NCBI GenBank assembly: GCA_036390995.1 | Contig: DASWAT010000083.1 | Coordinates: 3,052-67,051, forward strand | Length of the DNA: 64,000 nt | Reading direction: 5' to 3' | Origin: Actinomycetota bacterium | GTDB lineage: Bacteria; Actinomycetota; UBA4738; HRBIN12 | Shown: positions 30,101 through 38,504 of the stretch, one piece after another | How positions within the stretch are numbered: position 1 is the stretch's first letter | How the letters are laid out: each line of letters starts with the position of its first letter | The notes under the pieces: model-generated | Databases searched by the model: none | Seen by the model: the letters and a program-made list of their open reading frames with translations, nothing else | What the model was told of the DNA's origin: nothing | Position numbers and translations under genes: made by a program

Positions 30101-30299
30101 CCGGGCGATGGAGCTGCTCGCGATCGAGCGCGACCGCGGCCGGGAGAAGGAGATCGCGGGCAGGGTGTGGCTCGTCGGCCGGGTGTTCGGCCCCGACCTG
30201 GTCGGTGGCCAGGATGAGCTCGAACGCGCCCACAAGGTGCTGGCGTCGCTGCACGCCGAGGAGATCCTGCGCGAGCCCGACCTGATCCGGAGGAGGTGA
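27162..30299 (+). CDS. Zinc-ribbon / class III adenylate-guanylate cyclase / STAND (NB-ARC-like AAA) NTPase / TPR multidomain protein
   Basis: N-terminal CERCGEPLQATARFCPNCG double zinc ribbon. Cyclase domain (VVTVVFTDLVGST...FAGDAVVGVFG...GVNTGPV), Walker A GEPGIGKS, Walker B VLVFEDLHLAE, and a long Ala/Leu/Arg-rich TPR-like C-terminus. 1045 aa. Confidence 0.8.
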   Translation: MSQVRCERCGEPLQATARFCPNCGFPTTAPPPEERKVVTVVFTDLVGSTQLSARIDPEAYREVIAGYYQAVTEELESLRGRAYNFAGDAVVGVFGLPQAHDDDALRAIRAGLAVVDRVERLGRSFGLPTPLRCRVGVNTGPVAVGSEGAEQGLLFGAAVNAAARLQQAAEPGTVLVGQTTRMITEDRVEFGPDLLIEAKGFEDPLPAWPVVALAPRSSRRTIPFVDRRRELRLLHDTFERAVEARRAHMVTLFGEPGIGKSRVIDEFVATLPEGTKVLTGRASPFEEDVTFSPVGQMLLQELGEPPDAPKQELQLRLEEVVVSCCSPDRSQEIVARLGHALGLVDEPREERRSRVAEIRAGLLAFLEGLAAQGPVVLVFEDLHLAEPQLLDLVEETVREARGVPLFVLCAARYDLLDERPAWGGGLGDSLNLYLESMSLEDATELALEAGEGLDPRTAERIARHAGGNPFFIVETTGMFLHLGAELPSDTGPMPQALLPPTVQAVIASRIDHLPADARDLIRKASVFARSRFDLSELQLIADPNEKVLALLEDEELLVPDPERPGVWRFRHGMVRDVAYESLPKRERQRLHLLVADRLSRDPSTAARYPRSIAYHLEQAARASLDLNPSDRSLADRAVEALAHAGHLALDGSEPRPAADLFERAIALAGPGSGWGGREADVLAHLGEARYWLGEFEAAVPPLGRALELAPGDLPIQAHATRFLGDIELSIRGNRERAEELFDRALASARELGDPRTLARTLLTAAWAPYWRDDLDATRAMFEEALRVARATRGGDPWAEARALSSLAAVVSEVGDEDEAFALASESLAIAEAKGDRFAMAVARQEVGDALRHMWRLADALPHLDRSVDAFRELGARWELASALTSRGVLHRHAGRIDQAVRDLREAYRLCRELRERSILTWTARSLAVALVMAEDLPGARALIEETATVAQPEGPGASEWLTDAEIVLLLAGGDEAGARDRAMELLAIERDRGREKEIAGRVWLVGRVFGPDLVGGQDELERAHKVLASLHAEEILREPDLIRRR

Positions 30300-30303
30300 G
30301 CGG

Positions 30304-31455
30304 GTGGACTTCGACCTCACGGAGGAGCAGCGTGAGTTCCGCGACGCGGTCCGGGAGTTCGCCGAGGAGGTCGTGGCGCCGCGGATCGCAGAGTTCGATC
30401 GGCGCGAGGAGTTCCCCCTCGAGATCGTGGTGCGCATGGGCGAGCTCGGGCTGTTCGGATTGCCCTTCCCCGAGCGCTACGGCGGGCTCGACGGCGACTT
30501 CCTGACCTTCTGCCTCTGCCTGGAAGAGCTGGCCCGCGTCGACTCCTCGGTGGCCGTCACGCTCGAGGCAGCGGTGGGTCTGGGGGCGAACCCGATCTAC
30601 CGGTTCGGGACCGAGGAGCAGAAGCAGCGGTGGCTCGTCCCGATGTGCCGGGGCCAGGTGCTGGGGGCGTTCGCCCTCACCGAGCCCGGGGGCGGCTCCG
30701 ACGCCCACGCGATCCGCACCACCGCGCGGCTCGAGGGCGACGAGTGGGTGATCGACGGCTCGAAAGCGTTCATCACGAACTCGGGGACGCCGCTGTCGAA
30801 GGTGTGCACGGTCGCGGCGATCACCGGCAACGGGGGCGAGGTCTCGGCGATCCTCGTGCCGACCGACACGCCGGGGCTCACCGTCGGTCCGTCGTACCGG
30901 AAGATCGGCTGGCACGCCAGCGACACGCACGAGCTCGCCTTCTCCGGGTGCCGGGTCCCTCGCGAGAACCTGCTGGGCGAGCAGGGACGCGGCTATGCGC
31001 AGCTCCTCGAGGCGCTCGACGACGGCCGCATCGCCACCGCGGCGATGTCCGTGGGTCTGGCCCGGGGGTGCTTGGAGGAGAGCGTGAAGTACGCGAAGGA
31101 ACGGGAGGCGTTCGGTCGCCCGATCGGCTCGTTCGAGGCCCTGCAGTTCAAGATGGCCGACATGAAGGTGGGGGTCGAGACGGCGCGCCTGGCCTACCTG
31201 AAGGCGGCGTGGCTGAAGGACCGCGGCCGTGCCTACAAGTCCGAGGCCGCGGTGGCCAAGCTGTACGCCAGCGAGATCGCGGTGACGTGCGCGCGCGAGG
31301 CCGTGCAGGTGCACGGTGGCTACGGGTACATCGAGGAGTTCCCCGTCGCGCGGTTCTACCGGGACGCGAAGATCCTCGAGATCGGCGAGGGCACCAGCGA
31401 GATCCAACGGCTCCTGATCGCGCGCGACCTGGGCCTTCCGGGCACCGAGCTGTAG
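30304..31455 (+). CDS. Acyl-CoA dehydrogenase
   Basis: GTG at 30304. MDFDLTEEQREFRDAV..., ALTEPGGGSD, the catalytic YGYIEEFP, and QGGYGY-type motifs. 383 aa. Confidence 0.85.
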   Translation: MDFDLTEEQREFRDAVREFAEEVVAPRIAEFDRREEFPLEIVVRMGELGLFGLPFPERYGGLDGDFLTFCLCLEELARVDSSVAVTLEAAVGLGANPIYRFGTEEQKQRWLVPMCRGQVLGAFALTEPGGGSDAHAIRTTARLEGDEWVIDGSKAFITNSGTPLSKVCTVAAITGNGGEVSAILVPTDTPGLTVGPSYRKIGWHASDTHELAFSGCRVPRENLLGEQGRGYAQLLEALDDGRIATAAMSVGLARGCLEESVKYAKEREAFGRPIGSFEALQFKMADMKVGVETARLAYLKAAWLKDRGRAYKSEAAVAKLYASEIAVTCAREAVQVHGGYGYIEEFPVARFYRDAKILEIGEGTSEIQRLLIARDLGLPGTEL

Positions 31456-31586
31456 GCCTCCCGGCTCAAGGGCGGACCGGCGACCGCCGACGAAGATGGT
31501 TGAACCGGGGGTGGATCCGGGGCACCCTGCTGTGGGCGGGGGAAGGTTGACAATGCTCGGAGCGGTCCGGTAGGAAGGGTCTCCCC

Positions 31587-32750
31587 ATGGCCCACAACCG
31601 AATCCGAACCGGCGGCGTCGTGCGCCGAGCCGCCGTCGTCCTCGCTGTGTTCGCGCTGCTGTCCGGGCTGACGGCCGGAGCCGGCGCAGATCCGAAGCAG
31701 GACCTGCAACAGGCGAAGTCGCGCCTGGCCCAGATCCGAACGGAGATCACGCAGCAGCAGGCCGTGTTGAGCAGGCTGTCCGCACAGGCCGCCGCGCTCG
31801 CGCAGCGGATCGACGAGGCGCAGGGCAAGTACGAGTACATCACGTCGCAGCTCCAGGACACGCGGGCCAAGCTCCTGGACGCCACCCAGCGGTTCCAGGC
31901 GGTCGAGGCCCAGTTGAACTCGCGCGCCCGCGAAACCTACATGCAGGGGCCGGCCAGCCCGCTCGAGTTCCTCCTCGGGGCCACGTCGTTCTCGGACCTG
32001 TCCGACCGGATGGAGTACGTGGGCGCGCTCACGCAGACCGACGCCGACCTGGCGAACCAGGTCCAGAACCTGCGGAACGAGCTCACCGCGCAGCAGCGCG
32101 ACCAGCAGCGCCTCCAGGCCAGGCAGGCGGAGCTGCTGAAGGGCCTGCAGGCCGACCAGGCGCAGCTCGACGCCCAGTTCTCACAGCAGAAGCAGGTCTA
32201 CGACGACATCAAGGCCAAGGAGGCCGAGGCCCAGCAGCTCGTCAGCAAGGCCACCCGCGAGTACCGGCAGTGGCTGAAGTCGCTCAGCGCGCCGGTGAAC
32301 ATCGCCGGCAACCCGCTCCACGTCTGCCCGGTGGACCAGCCGCGCGCCGTGTACGACGGGTTCGGGGCTCCGCGGTACGCCGGCGGGTACCATCCACACG
32401 CCGGCAACGACATCGTCGCGCCGGGGGGAACGCCGATCCGCGCGCCCTTCGACGGCACCGCGCGCGCTTCGTACAACGGCCTCGGCGGCAACGCGGTGTA
32501 CGTCTACGGCTCGGCCGGGTACGTCTACAACGCCCACCTCATGCAGCCCGGCTCCTCGGGCTCGGTCTCGGCCGGCCAGATCATCGGCTACGTCGGCAAC
32601 ACCGGCGACGCGCAGGGGGGCGTGACCCACGACCACTTCGAGTGGCATCCGAACGCGATCCCATCGAACTGGATAGCCAGCCCGTACGGATATTCGGTGA
32701 TCGGCACGGCCATCAACCCGTATCCCTACCTCGAGCAAGTGTGCCGGTAG
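31587..32750 (+). CDS. Secreted M23 family metallopeptidase with N-terminal coiled-coil
   Basis: Signal peptide (AAVVLAVFALLSGLTAGAGA), about 200 aa of Gln/Ala-rich coiled coil, then a LytM/M23 domain (HAGNDIVAPGGTPIRAPFDGT...GNTGDAQGGVTHDHFE). Confidence 0.75.
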   Translation: MAHNRIRTGGVVRRAAVVLAVFALLSGLTAGAGADPKQDLQQAKSRLAQIRTEITQQQAVLSRLSAQAAALAQRIDEAQGKYEYITSQLQDTRAKLLDATQRFQAVEAQLNSRARETYMQGPASPLEFLLGATSFSDLSDRMEYVGALTQTDADLANQVQNLRNELTAQQRDQQRLQARQAELLKGLQADQAQLDAQFSQQKQVYDDIKAKEAEAQQLVSKATREYRQWLKSLSAPVNIAGNPLHVCPVDQPRAVYDGFGAPRYAGGYHPHAGNDIVAPGGTPIRAPFDGTARASYNGLGGNAVYVYGSAGYVYNAHLMQPGSSGSVSAGQIIGYVGNTGDAQGGVTHDHFEWHPNAIPSNWIASPYGYSVIGTAINPYPYLEQVCR

Positions 32751-32792
32751 CTCGTCGGCCCCGGACCGCCGCGCCTGGGTAGGCTGACGGTC

Positions 32793-33683
32793 ATGGCCCA
32801 CGCGCACAGCGCGGCGGCTGAGCATCGCGGACGGCTCCTGGCCGTCTTGGTCGTCACGGCATCGGTCCTCGTCGTCGAGGCGGTGGGCGGGCTCGTGTCC
32901 GGGAGCCTCGCGCTCCTCGCGGACGCCGGCCATATGCTGACCGACGTGGCGGGCATCGGCCTGGCCCTGCTAGCGGTGTTCTTCGCGCAGCGTCCGGCCG
33001 ATCCTGATCGTACCTTCGGCTGGTTCCGGCTGGAGATCCTGGCCGCCGCGGCGAACGCCGTGGTCCTGCTCGGCGTCTCCGCGCTGGTCCTGTGGGAGGC
33101 GTGGCGGCGGTTCGTCGATCCGCCCGAGGTGGCCAGCGGGCTCATGCTGGCCGTCGCCGTGGTGGGCCTTGCCGCGAACGGGCTCTCGATGTGGCTGCTC
33201 CGCGACGGGCAGGTCCGAAGCCTGAACATGCGCGGCGCGTACCTCGAGGTGGTGAGCGACCTCCTCGGTTCGGTCGCGGTGATCGTGGCCGCCGTCGTGA
33301 TCGCCGCGACGGGGATCCGGCGCGCCGACCCGGTAGCCTCGGCGGTCATCGGCCTGTTCATCCTGCCGCGGACGTGGCGGCTGCTCCGCGAGGCGGTGGA
33401 CGTGCTGCTCGAGGCCACGCCGCGTGGCATCGATCTGGAGGAGGTCCGCCGGCACATCGTCGGGACGGGCGGGGTGGAGGACGTGCACGACCTCCACGCC
33501 TGGACCATCACGAGCGGGATGAACGTGGTCTCCGCCCACGTCGTGCTCGGCGAAGGCGCCGATCCGTCTCTCGTGCTCGACGAGCTGTGCGCGTGCCTCA
33601 TGGACGACTTCGACATCGAGCACAGCACGTTCCAGCTCGAGACCAGGGATCGACGCCGGATCGAGGACGCGAGCCATCCCTGA
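32793..33683 (+). CDS. Cation diffusion facilitator family transporter (CzcD/ZitB-like)
   Basis: LADAGHMLTDV signature, HxxxD metal-site motifs, and a C-terminal cytoplasmic domain with HDLHAWTI. 296 aa. Confidence 0.85.
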   Translation: MAHAHSAAAEHRGRLLAVLVVTASVLVVEAVGGLVSGSLALLADAGHMLTDVAGIGLALLAVFFAQRPADPDRTFGWFRLEILAAAANAVVLLGVSALVLWEAWRRFVDPPEVASGLMLAVAVVGLAANGLSMWLLRDGQVRSLNMRGAYLEVVSDLLGSVAVIVAAVVIAATGIRRADPVASAVIGLFILPRTWRLLREAVDVLLEATPRGIDLEEVRRHIVGTGGVEDVHDLHAWTITSGMNVVSAHVVLGEGADPSLVLDELCACLMDDFDIEHSTFQLETRDRRRIEDASHP

Positions 33684-33742
33684 GGCTCGGCCGGTACTTG
33701 CAGCTCCGTTCCGGCCGGCGGGTCCGCGGTACCCTGGGCCCC

Positions 33743-34312
33743 GTGACGGGCACACGGGGGCGGTTCCTTCCCACCGTTGGGATCGCGGCGGGCGGCGTCG
33801 TGCTGGGGCACCTGCTGGCGTACACGATCACGTTCCCCGTGGGAGCCGTGCGGTACCGGCACCTCGCAGAGGCCGGCCACAGTTCCTTCCACCGTGTGGT
33901 CATCGCCGCGGCGCTCCTCGGCGGGCTGGCCGCCGCCACCCTGTGCGTTCGGAGCCTCCGGACGAAGGAGCGGGCGTCCACGCCGACGGTCCGGCTGCTC
34001 GCCGGGCTCCAGGTCGTGGGGTTCCTGCTCCTCGAGGTGATCGAGCGCCACGGCCGCCTGGGTCTCGCGTTCTCCGATCCGGGCGTGCGGGTCGGGCTCG
34101 TGCTCCAGGTGCTGGTCGCCGTGGCCCTGGCCCTCGTGCTCCGAGGGTTCGTTCGAGTGGTCCAGGCGGTGGCCTCGTTGCTCCAACGCCCTCCACGCTC
34201 CCGGCCGGCGCCCATCCTGCCGCCGGCGGTCGCGTTCGTCCGCCCACGCGCCGGGGCCCACCTCCCGTTCGCCCGGCGGCGGGCGCCGCCGCTCCCGTTC
34301 CCGTCGTCCTGA
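33743..34312 (+). CDS. Hypothetical membrane protein (4 TM)
   Basis: Candidate GTG start at 33743 with a weak RBS. Hydrophobic helices (VGIAAGGVVLGHLLAYTITFPVG, VVIAAALLGGLAAATLCV, LAGLQVVGFLLLEVI, VGLVLQVLVAVALALVL). Only the 3' part of ORF 33092-34312 is used. Confidence 0.35.
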   Translation: MTGTRGRFLPTVGIAAGGVVLGHLLAYTITFPVGAVRYRHLAEAGHSSFHRVVIAAALLGGLAAATLCVRSLRTKERASTPTVRLLAGLQVVGFLLLEVIERHGRLGLAFSDPGVRVGLVLQVLVAVALALVLRGFVRVVQAVASLLQRPPRSRPAPILPPAVAFVRPRAGAHLPFARRRAPPLPFPSS

Positions 34313-34366
34313 TGTGGAGGCGGCCGGGCATCGCGGCCGCCGGAACGGAAGCGAGGTGAGTGGCTG

Positions 34367-34831
34367 ATGAGACCTTCCACGCGCTGGATCGCGGCCCTGG
34401 TCGGCATCGCCGTGGTGGTGGCGCTGTTCGTCGTCCTTCGCCCGGACGGGTCGTCCTCGGGCTCGAGCGGGTCGGACGTGTCTCCCACCGGGGCGGCGTC
34501 CCCCGCGACGACGGGGACCGGGGGGCCGTCGCCGACCGGGGCGCCCTCGGCCACGCCCACCGGCGGCGACGTCGCCGAGCTCGACGTCACGGTCCGGAAC
34601 GGCGACGTCCAGGGGCCGGGCGAGTTCGACGTCACGCAGGGCCAGGAGGTCCGGATCGTCGTGGACGCCGACGTCACCGACGAGGTTCACGTCCACGGCT
34701 ACGACCTCCACGACGACGTCTCGCCCGGCGAGCCGGCCGAGATCGAGTTCACGGCGAACGCGCCCGGCGTGTTCGAGGTCGAGCTCGAGAGCCAGGGCAA
34801 GCTGCTGTTCGAGCTGAAGGTGTCGCCGTGA
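34367..34831 (+). CDS. Secreted cupredoxin-like/EfeO-N-like beta-sandwich protein with Pro/Thr/Gly-rich linker
   Basis: TM/signal segment (IAALVGIAVVVALFVVL), a low-complexity PTGAASPATTGTGGPSPTGAPSATPTGG linker, then DVTVRNGDVQGPGEFDVTQGQEVRIVVDADVTDEVHVHGYDL...GVFEVELE. Confidence 0.5.
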   Translation: MRPSTRWIAALVGIAVVVALFVVLRPDGSSSGSSGSDVSPTGAASPATTGTGGPSPTGAPSATPTGGDVAELDVTVRNGDVQGPGEFDVTQGQEVRIVVDADVTDEVHVHGYDLHDDVSPGEPAEIEFTANAPGVFEVELESQGKLLFELKVSP

Positions 34832-36141
34832 TCACCGTCCTGGCCCACGGTTTCGGCGGACGGGTGGACCTGCCGGTGCCGAGGTCGTTGTTCGTGTTCG
34901 GAGCGGCGACCGCGTTGGTCGTGTCGTTCGTCGCGCTCTCCGTGCTGTGGCGCGAACCGCGCCTGGAGGACGGGGGCCGCACGCGCACCGTTCACGGTCT
35001 CCGCCGGTTGCTCACGAGCCCGGTGGTGGAGTGGACGGTTCGGGCCGTCGCGCTCGCGGTGTTCGCGGTGGTCACCGTCGCGGCCTTCGTGCGCCTGGAG
35101 GCCACCGCGACGATCGCGCCGGTGTTCGTGTTCGACTGGTTCTGGGTGGGACTGGCCTTCGCCCACGCGCTGTTCGGCAACCTGTGGGCCACGCTGTCCC
35201 CGTTCGACACCCTTGGGCGGCTGCTCCTGCTCGACGAGCCCGATCACCGTCCGCCGTTCGCGTACCCCAAGGCGTGGGGTCGGTGGCCGGCCGCGATCCT
35301 CCTGTTCGGGTTCGTGTGGCTGGAGCTGGCGAACCCGTTCGCGAACGTCCCGGGGGCGCTCGGCTACCTGATGGTGGGCTACACGTTCCTGAACGTCGGC
35401 GCGATGTACCTGTTCGGCAGGAAGGCGTGGGTGGAGAACGGCGAGGCGTTCGCCGTGTACTTCGGGCTGCTGGCTCGCCTGTCCCCGTTCGCCCGTGACG
35501 GGGAGGGACGGGTGGTGCTCCGCGCTCCGCTTGCGGGGCTCACCTCGCTGGAGCCGAGGCCTGGGCTCCTCGCGGTGATCCTCGTCGCCCTCGGCTCCAC
35601 CACCTTCGACGGCCTGTCGCGGACCACGCTGTGGGTCTCCCGGGCCTCGTCGTTCACGGGGTGGCAGCGCGTGACCCTCGACACCGTGGCGATGCTGGGC
35701 GTGATCCTGCTCATGGCGGGTGCGTACGCCCTTGCCATGGTCGCCGCGGGACGGATCGTCGACGGCCACTGGCATCCGGTGGCGACGCGGTTCGCTCACA
35801 GCCTGGTGCCGATCGTGTTCGCGTACCTGGTGGCGCACTACTTCTCGTTCCTGCTGATCGAGGGGCAGGTGGGGCTGTCCCGGATCTCCGATCCGCTCGG
35901 CCGCGGCTGGGACCTGTTCGGGACCGCGGGATGGACGGTGAACCTCGCGCTGCTGTCGGCCACGCTGATCTGGTACGTGCAGGTGGCCGCGATCGTGCTC
36001 GGCCACGTCGGCGGGGTGGTGCTGGCCCACGATCGAGCCATCTCGTGGTTCGACGCGCGGCACGCCCTTCGGACCCAGTACGCACTGCTCGCCGTGATGG
36101 TGCTGTTCACGTCGGCCGGCCTGCTGATCCTGTCGGGGTGA
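34828..36141 (+). CDS. Polytopic integral membrane protein (about 10 TM, His-rich helices; possibly CopD-like)
   Basis: GTG 34828 overlaps the previous stop (GTGA). Multiple TM helices and conserved His (HGFGG, HWHP, AHYFSF, GHVGGVVLAHD). The family was not recognised confidently. Confidence 0.5.
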   Translation: MITVLAHGFGGRVDLPVPRSLFVFGAATALVVSFVALSVLWREPRLEDGGRTRTVHGLRRLLTSPVVEWTVRAVALAVFAVVTVAAFVRLEATATIAPVFVFDWFWVGLAFAHALFGNLWATLSPFDTLGRLLLLDEPDHRPPFAYPKAWGRWPAAILLFGFVWLELANPFANVPGALGYLMVGYTFLNVGAMYLFGRKAWVENGEAFAVYFGLLARLSPFARDGEGRVVLRAPLAGLTSLEPRPGLLAVILVALGSTTFDGLSRTTLWVSRASSFTGWQRVTLDTVAMLGVILLMAGAYALAMVAAGRIVDGHWHPVATRFAHSLVPIVFAYLVAHYFSFLLIEGQVGLSRISDPLGRGWDLFGTAGWTVNLALLSATLIWYVQVAAIVLGHVGGVVLAHDRAISWFDARHALRTQYALLAVMVLFTSAGLLILSG

Positions 36142-36407
36142 TGGAGATGATCGGAAGCGTTCGGCCCATCTTGGCGCACGGGTCGGGCATCGACGACTTG
36201 GTGATGATCGGGATCGCGACGTTCGGCTTCCTGCTCTACTCCGCCCTCAAGGCGGGACTGAGCGGGGCCGGAGAGGACCATGACCATCGGGAGCGGTGCG
36301 CATACTGCGGCGCGCGGAGGCCGGTGGGATCGCGGTGCCCCGGATGCGGCTTCCGGGTCCGACGAGGTCCGACCTCCACTCGGCGCTCGCTCGACGACGT
36401 GACATGA
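36141..36407 (+). CDS. Small membrane protein with C-terminal CxxC-x7-CxxC zinc ribbon
   Basis: ATG 36141 overlaps the upstream stop by 1 nt. One TM (LVMIGIATFGFLLYSAL) and then DHDHRERCAYCGARRPVGSRCPGCGFRV. Confidence 0.45.
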   Translation: MEMIGSVRPILAHGSGIDDLVMIGIATFGFLLYSALKAGLSGAGEDHDHRERCAYCGARRPVGSRCPGCGFRVRRGPTSTRRSLDDVT

Positions 36408-36443
36408 CAAGAGAGGAACTCCGGTCCGACAGGAGGTGATCCG

Positions 36444-36986
36444 GTGAGCGCGACCCCGCACGGGCACCCAGCCTTTCCGAACGACCGATCCACACCGTCC
36501 TCGCCATGTTCCCTCGCCGCGGCCGCCATCCACTTCGCTGTGATGGGCGAGCACTTCGCTGAGTACTTCGCGTTCGGCCTGTTCTTCTCGGTCGTAGCCT
36601 GGCTGCAGGCGCTCTGGACGGTCGGGATGGTCGTCTCCCCCGGACGTCGTCTGCTCCTGGCAGGTCTCGTCGGCAACGCGCCCGTGGTGCTCCTGTGGCT
36701 CTTCTCTCGGACGACCGGGCTGCCGGTCGGTCCTGACCCGGGGGTGGCCGAGTCGGCGGCGTTCGTCGACGTGCTCTCCACGATGCTGGAGCTGGTGATC
36801 GTCGCTGGGTCGGCGGTCCTGCTCGCTCGTCCTCCCACGCGGAGCGCGGGTAGCCCGAGGGCGACCTTCGCCATCGTCAGCGTCGCCCTGGTCCTCGCGA
36901 TGCTGTCGACATGGGCGGTCGCGGTCGCCAACACCACGAACCACGTGGAGATGGCCTCCGGCAGGGGGATGGTGGGACGAAGATGA
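36444..36986 (+). CDS. Hypothetical 4-TM membrane protein
   Basis: GTG at 36444 preceded by aggaggtgatccg. Helices AAAIHFAVMGEHFAEYFAFGLFFSVVAWL, LLAGLVGNAPVVLLWLF, VDVLSTMLELVIVAGSAVLL and FAIVSVALVLAMLSTWAVAVA. Confidence 0.5.
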   Translation: MSATPHGHPAFPNDRSTPSSPCSLAAAAIHFAVMGEHFAEYFAFGLFFSVVAWLQALWTVGMVVSPGRRLLLAGLVGNAPVVLLWLFSRTTGLPVGPDPGVAESAAFVDVLSTMLELVIVAGSAVLLARPPTRSAGSPRATFAIVSVALVLAMLSTWAVAVANTTNHVEMASGRGMVGRR

Positions 36987-37153
36987 GAGCCGAAGAGGTG
37001 AGGTGGGTCGTGGTCGGTCGGATCCTGGCCGGCCCGGTGTTGCTGGTTGGCTCCGCGTGCACGCGCTCCGACACACTGGCGAAACGGCTCCTTCACCGTT
37101 CCTGAACAGCCTCCTCCTAGCCTGCGGGGGTGAGAGGAAAGGAGGCGGTAGGG

Positions 37154-37609
37154 ATGATGAGGCGACCGATCTTCATCGGGGTCACGGCGATGCTCGCCCT
37201 GGCCCTGACCGCCGGCCTCGCGTACGGCGCGGGCAGGCTGGTCGGAACGCAGACGAGGAGCGCGCAGGCGGTGCGCCAGCGGATCGCGACCATCAGCGTG
37301 GTTCCTGGAACCATCTCGAGCTACCGAGCTCAGGCTCGGCAGCAGGCGGCGTACCGAGCCACGGTCAGGTACCAGACGCGGCAGTGGATGCGCGAATGGA
37401 TGCAGGGGTGGATGGGGGACCACCGTTGGGGCTCGCGCTCAGGCTCGCGCCCGGGCCCGCAGGGCACCTCCTCGTACGGCGGCTTGGGCTCCGGTGGATA
37501 CGGCCATGGCCACCACGGGGACCACTCGTACGGCTCGGGTCAGCAGGGCTCCGGGTCCGGCGGGTACGGATACGGACACGGCTGGGATGACCACGGTCCC
37601 TGCTGGTGA
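37154..37609 (+). CDS. Secreted Met/Trp/His- and Gly-rich protein (possible metal-binding)
   Basis: ATG 37154 after aggaggcggtaggg. Signal peptide (IFIGVTAMLALALTAGLAYG), then QWMREWMQGWMGDHRW (Met-rich, Cu(I)-type spacing) and GGYGHGHHGDHSYGSGQQGSGSGGYGYGHGWDDHGPCW. Confidence 0.55.
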   Translation: MMRRPIFIGVTAMLALALTAGLAYGAGRLVGTQTRSAQAVRQRIATISVVPGTISSYRAQARQQAAYRATVRYQTRQWMREWMQGWMGDHRWGSRSGSRPGPQGTSSYGGLGSGGYGHGHHGDHSYGSGQQGSGSGGYGYGHGWDDHGPCW

Positions 37610-37629
37610 TCCGGCCTCGAAGACCGCCA

Positions 37630-37660
37630 GAAGGCCGCTCGCGTTGCGCGGGCGGCCTTC
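37630..37660 (+). terminator. GC-rich hairpin immediately after the Met/His-rich protein gene (putative intrinsic terminator, no U-tract)
   Basis: gaaggccgc-tcgcgttgcgcgg-gcggccttc, a perfect 9-bp stem starting 21 nt after the TGA at 37607-37609. Confidence 0.4.
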
Positions 37661-37802
37661 CGGCCTTCGCGTGAACATGCACCGGTGCCAACCTAGGGGC
37701 CGACCTGCAGATCCTCCGAAGGTCCTGAGGGCGCCCGGCCGTTCGCCCCTAAGGGCGATGTTGCCTCCCCTGCATCGTGAACGCATCCGACACGCGGAGG
37801 AT

Positions 37803-38504
37803 GTGGTGGGGACAGCGACCGTGCTGGTCGTGGACGACGAGCCGAAGATCCGGAACACGGTCCGCGTCTTCCTCGAGCAGGAGCGATACGCGGTCCTCGC
37901 CGCCGGCACGGGCAGCGAGGCCATCGAGGTGGCGAGCCGCCTGAAGCCGGATCTGGTCGTGCTGGATCTGATGCTGCCCGACCTCCCCGGCGAGGAGGTT
38001 GCCCGCTCGCTCCGAGCCGTTTCCGAGGTCCCCATCATCATGCTCACGGCGAAGGCCGAGGAGGCCGACCGGGTGGCGGGGTTGAAGTTGGGCGCCGACG
38101 ACTACGTCGTCAAGCCGTTCAGCCCGCTCGAGCTGGTGGCTCGGGTCGGAGCGGTGCTGCGACGAGCACGCGGAGGTGACGCGGACGGGGTCCTGTCCTT
38201 CGACGAGGGCCGGCTCGCGATCGACGGTGACGCCCGAGAGGTGACCCTCGACGGCAGCACCGTCCCTCTGACGAAGAGCGAGTTCGACCTGCTCCTGGCG
38301 TTGGCCTCGCAGCCGGGACGAGCGTTCTCCCGGTACGAGCTCGTGGCCCGGGTCCACGGATACGACTACGAGGGGTACGAGCGGACCATCGACGTCCACG
38401 TGAAGAACCTCCGGGCCAAGCTCCGGGACGATCCGAAGGAGCCCCGGTACGTCCGAACGATCCCCGGGGTCGGCTACAAGCTCGGGGTGAAGCCCGATGG
38501 GTAG
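37803..38504 (+). CDS. OmpR-family two-component response regulator
   Basis: GTG at 37803 after cggagg. VLVVDDEPKIRN...DLVVLDLMLPDLPGEE receiver domain and a winged-helix C-terminus (RTIPGVGYKL). Confidence 0.85.
   Translation: MVGTATVLVVDDEPKIRNTVRVFLEQERYAVLAAGTGSEAIEVASRLKPDLVVLDLMLPDLPGEEVARSLRAVSEVPIIMLTAKAEEADRVAGLKLGADDYVVKPFSPLELVARVGAVLRRARGGDADGVLSFDEGRLAIDGDAREVTLDGSTVPLTKSEFDLLLALASQPGRAFSRYELVARVHGYDYEGYERTIDVHVKNLRAKLRDDPKEPRYVRTIPGVGYKLGVKPDG

Noticed and set aside
31456-31586. Possible c-di-AMP (ydaO-type) riboswitch upstream of the M23 peptidase
   Set aside because: The intergenic region is only about 130 nt and contains a TTGACA-like -35 at 31547-31552, leaving about 35 nt to the ATG. 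That is far too short for the riboswitch, and the conserved ydaO helices were not found.
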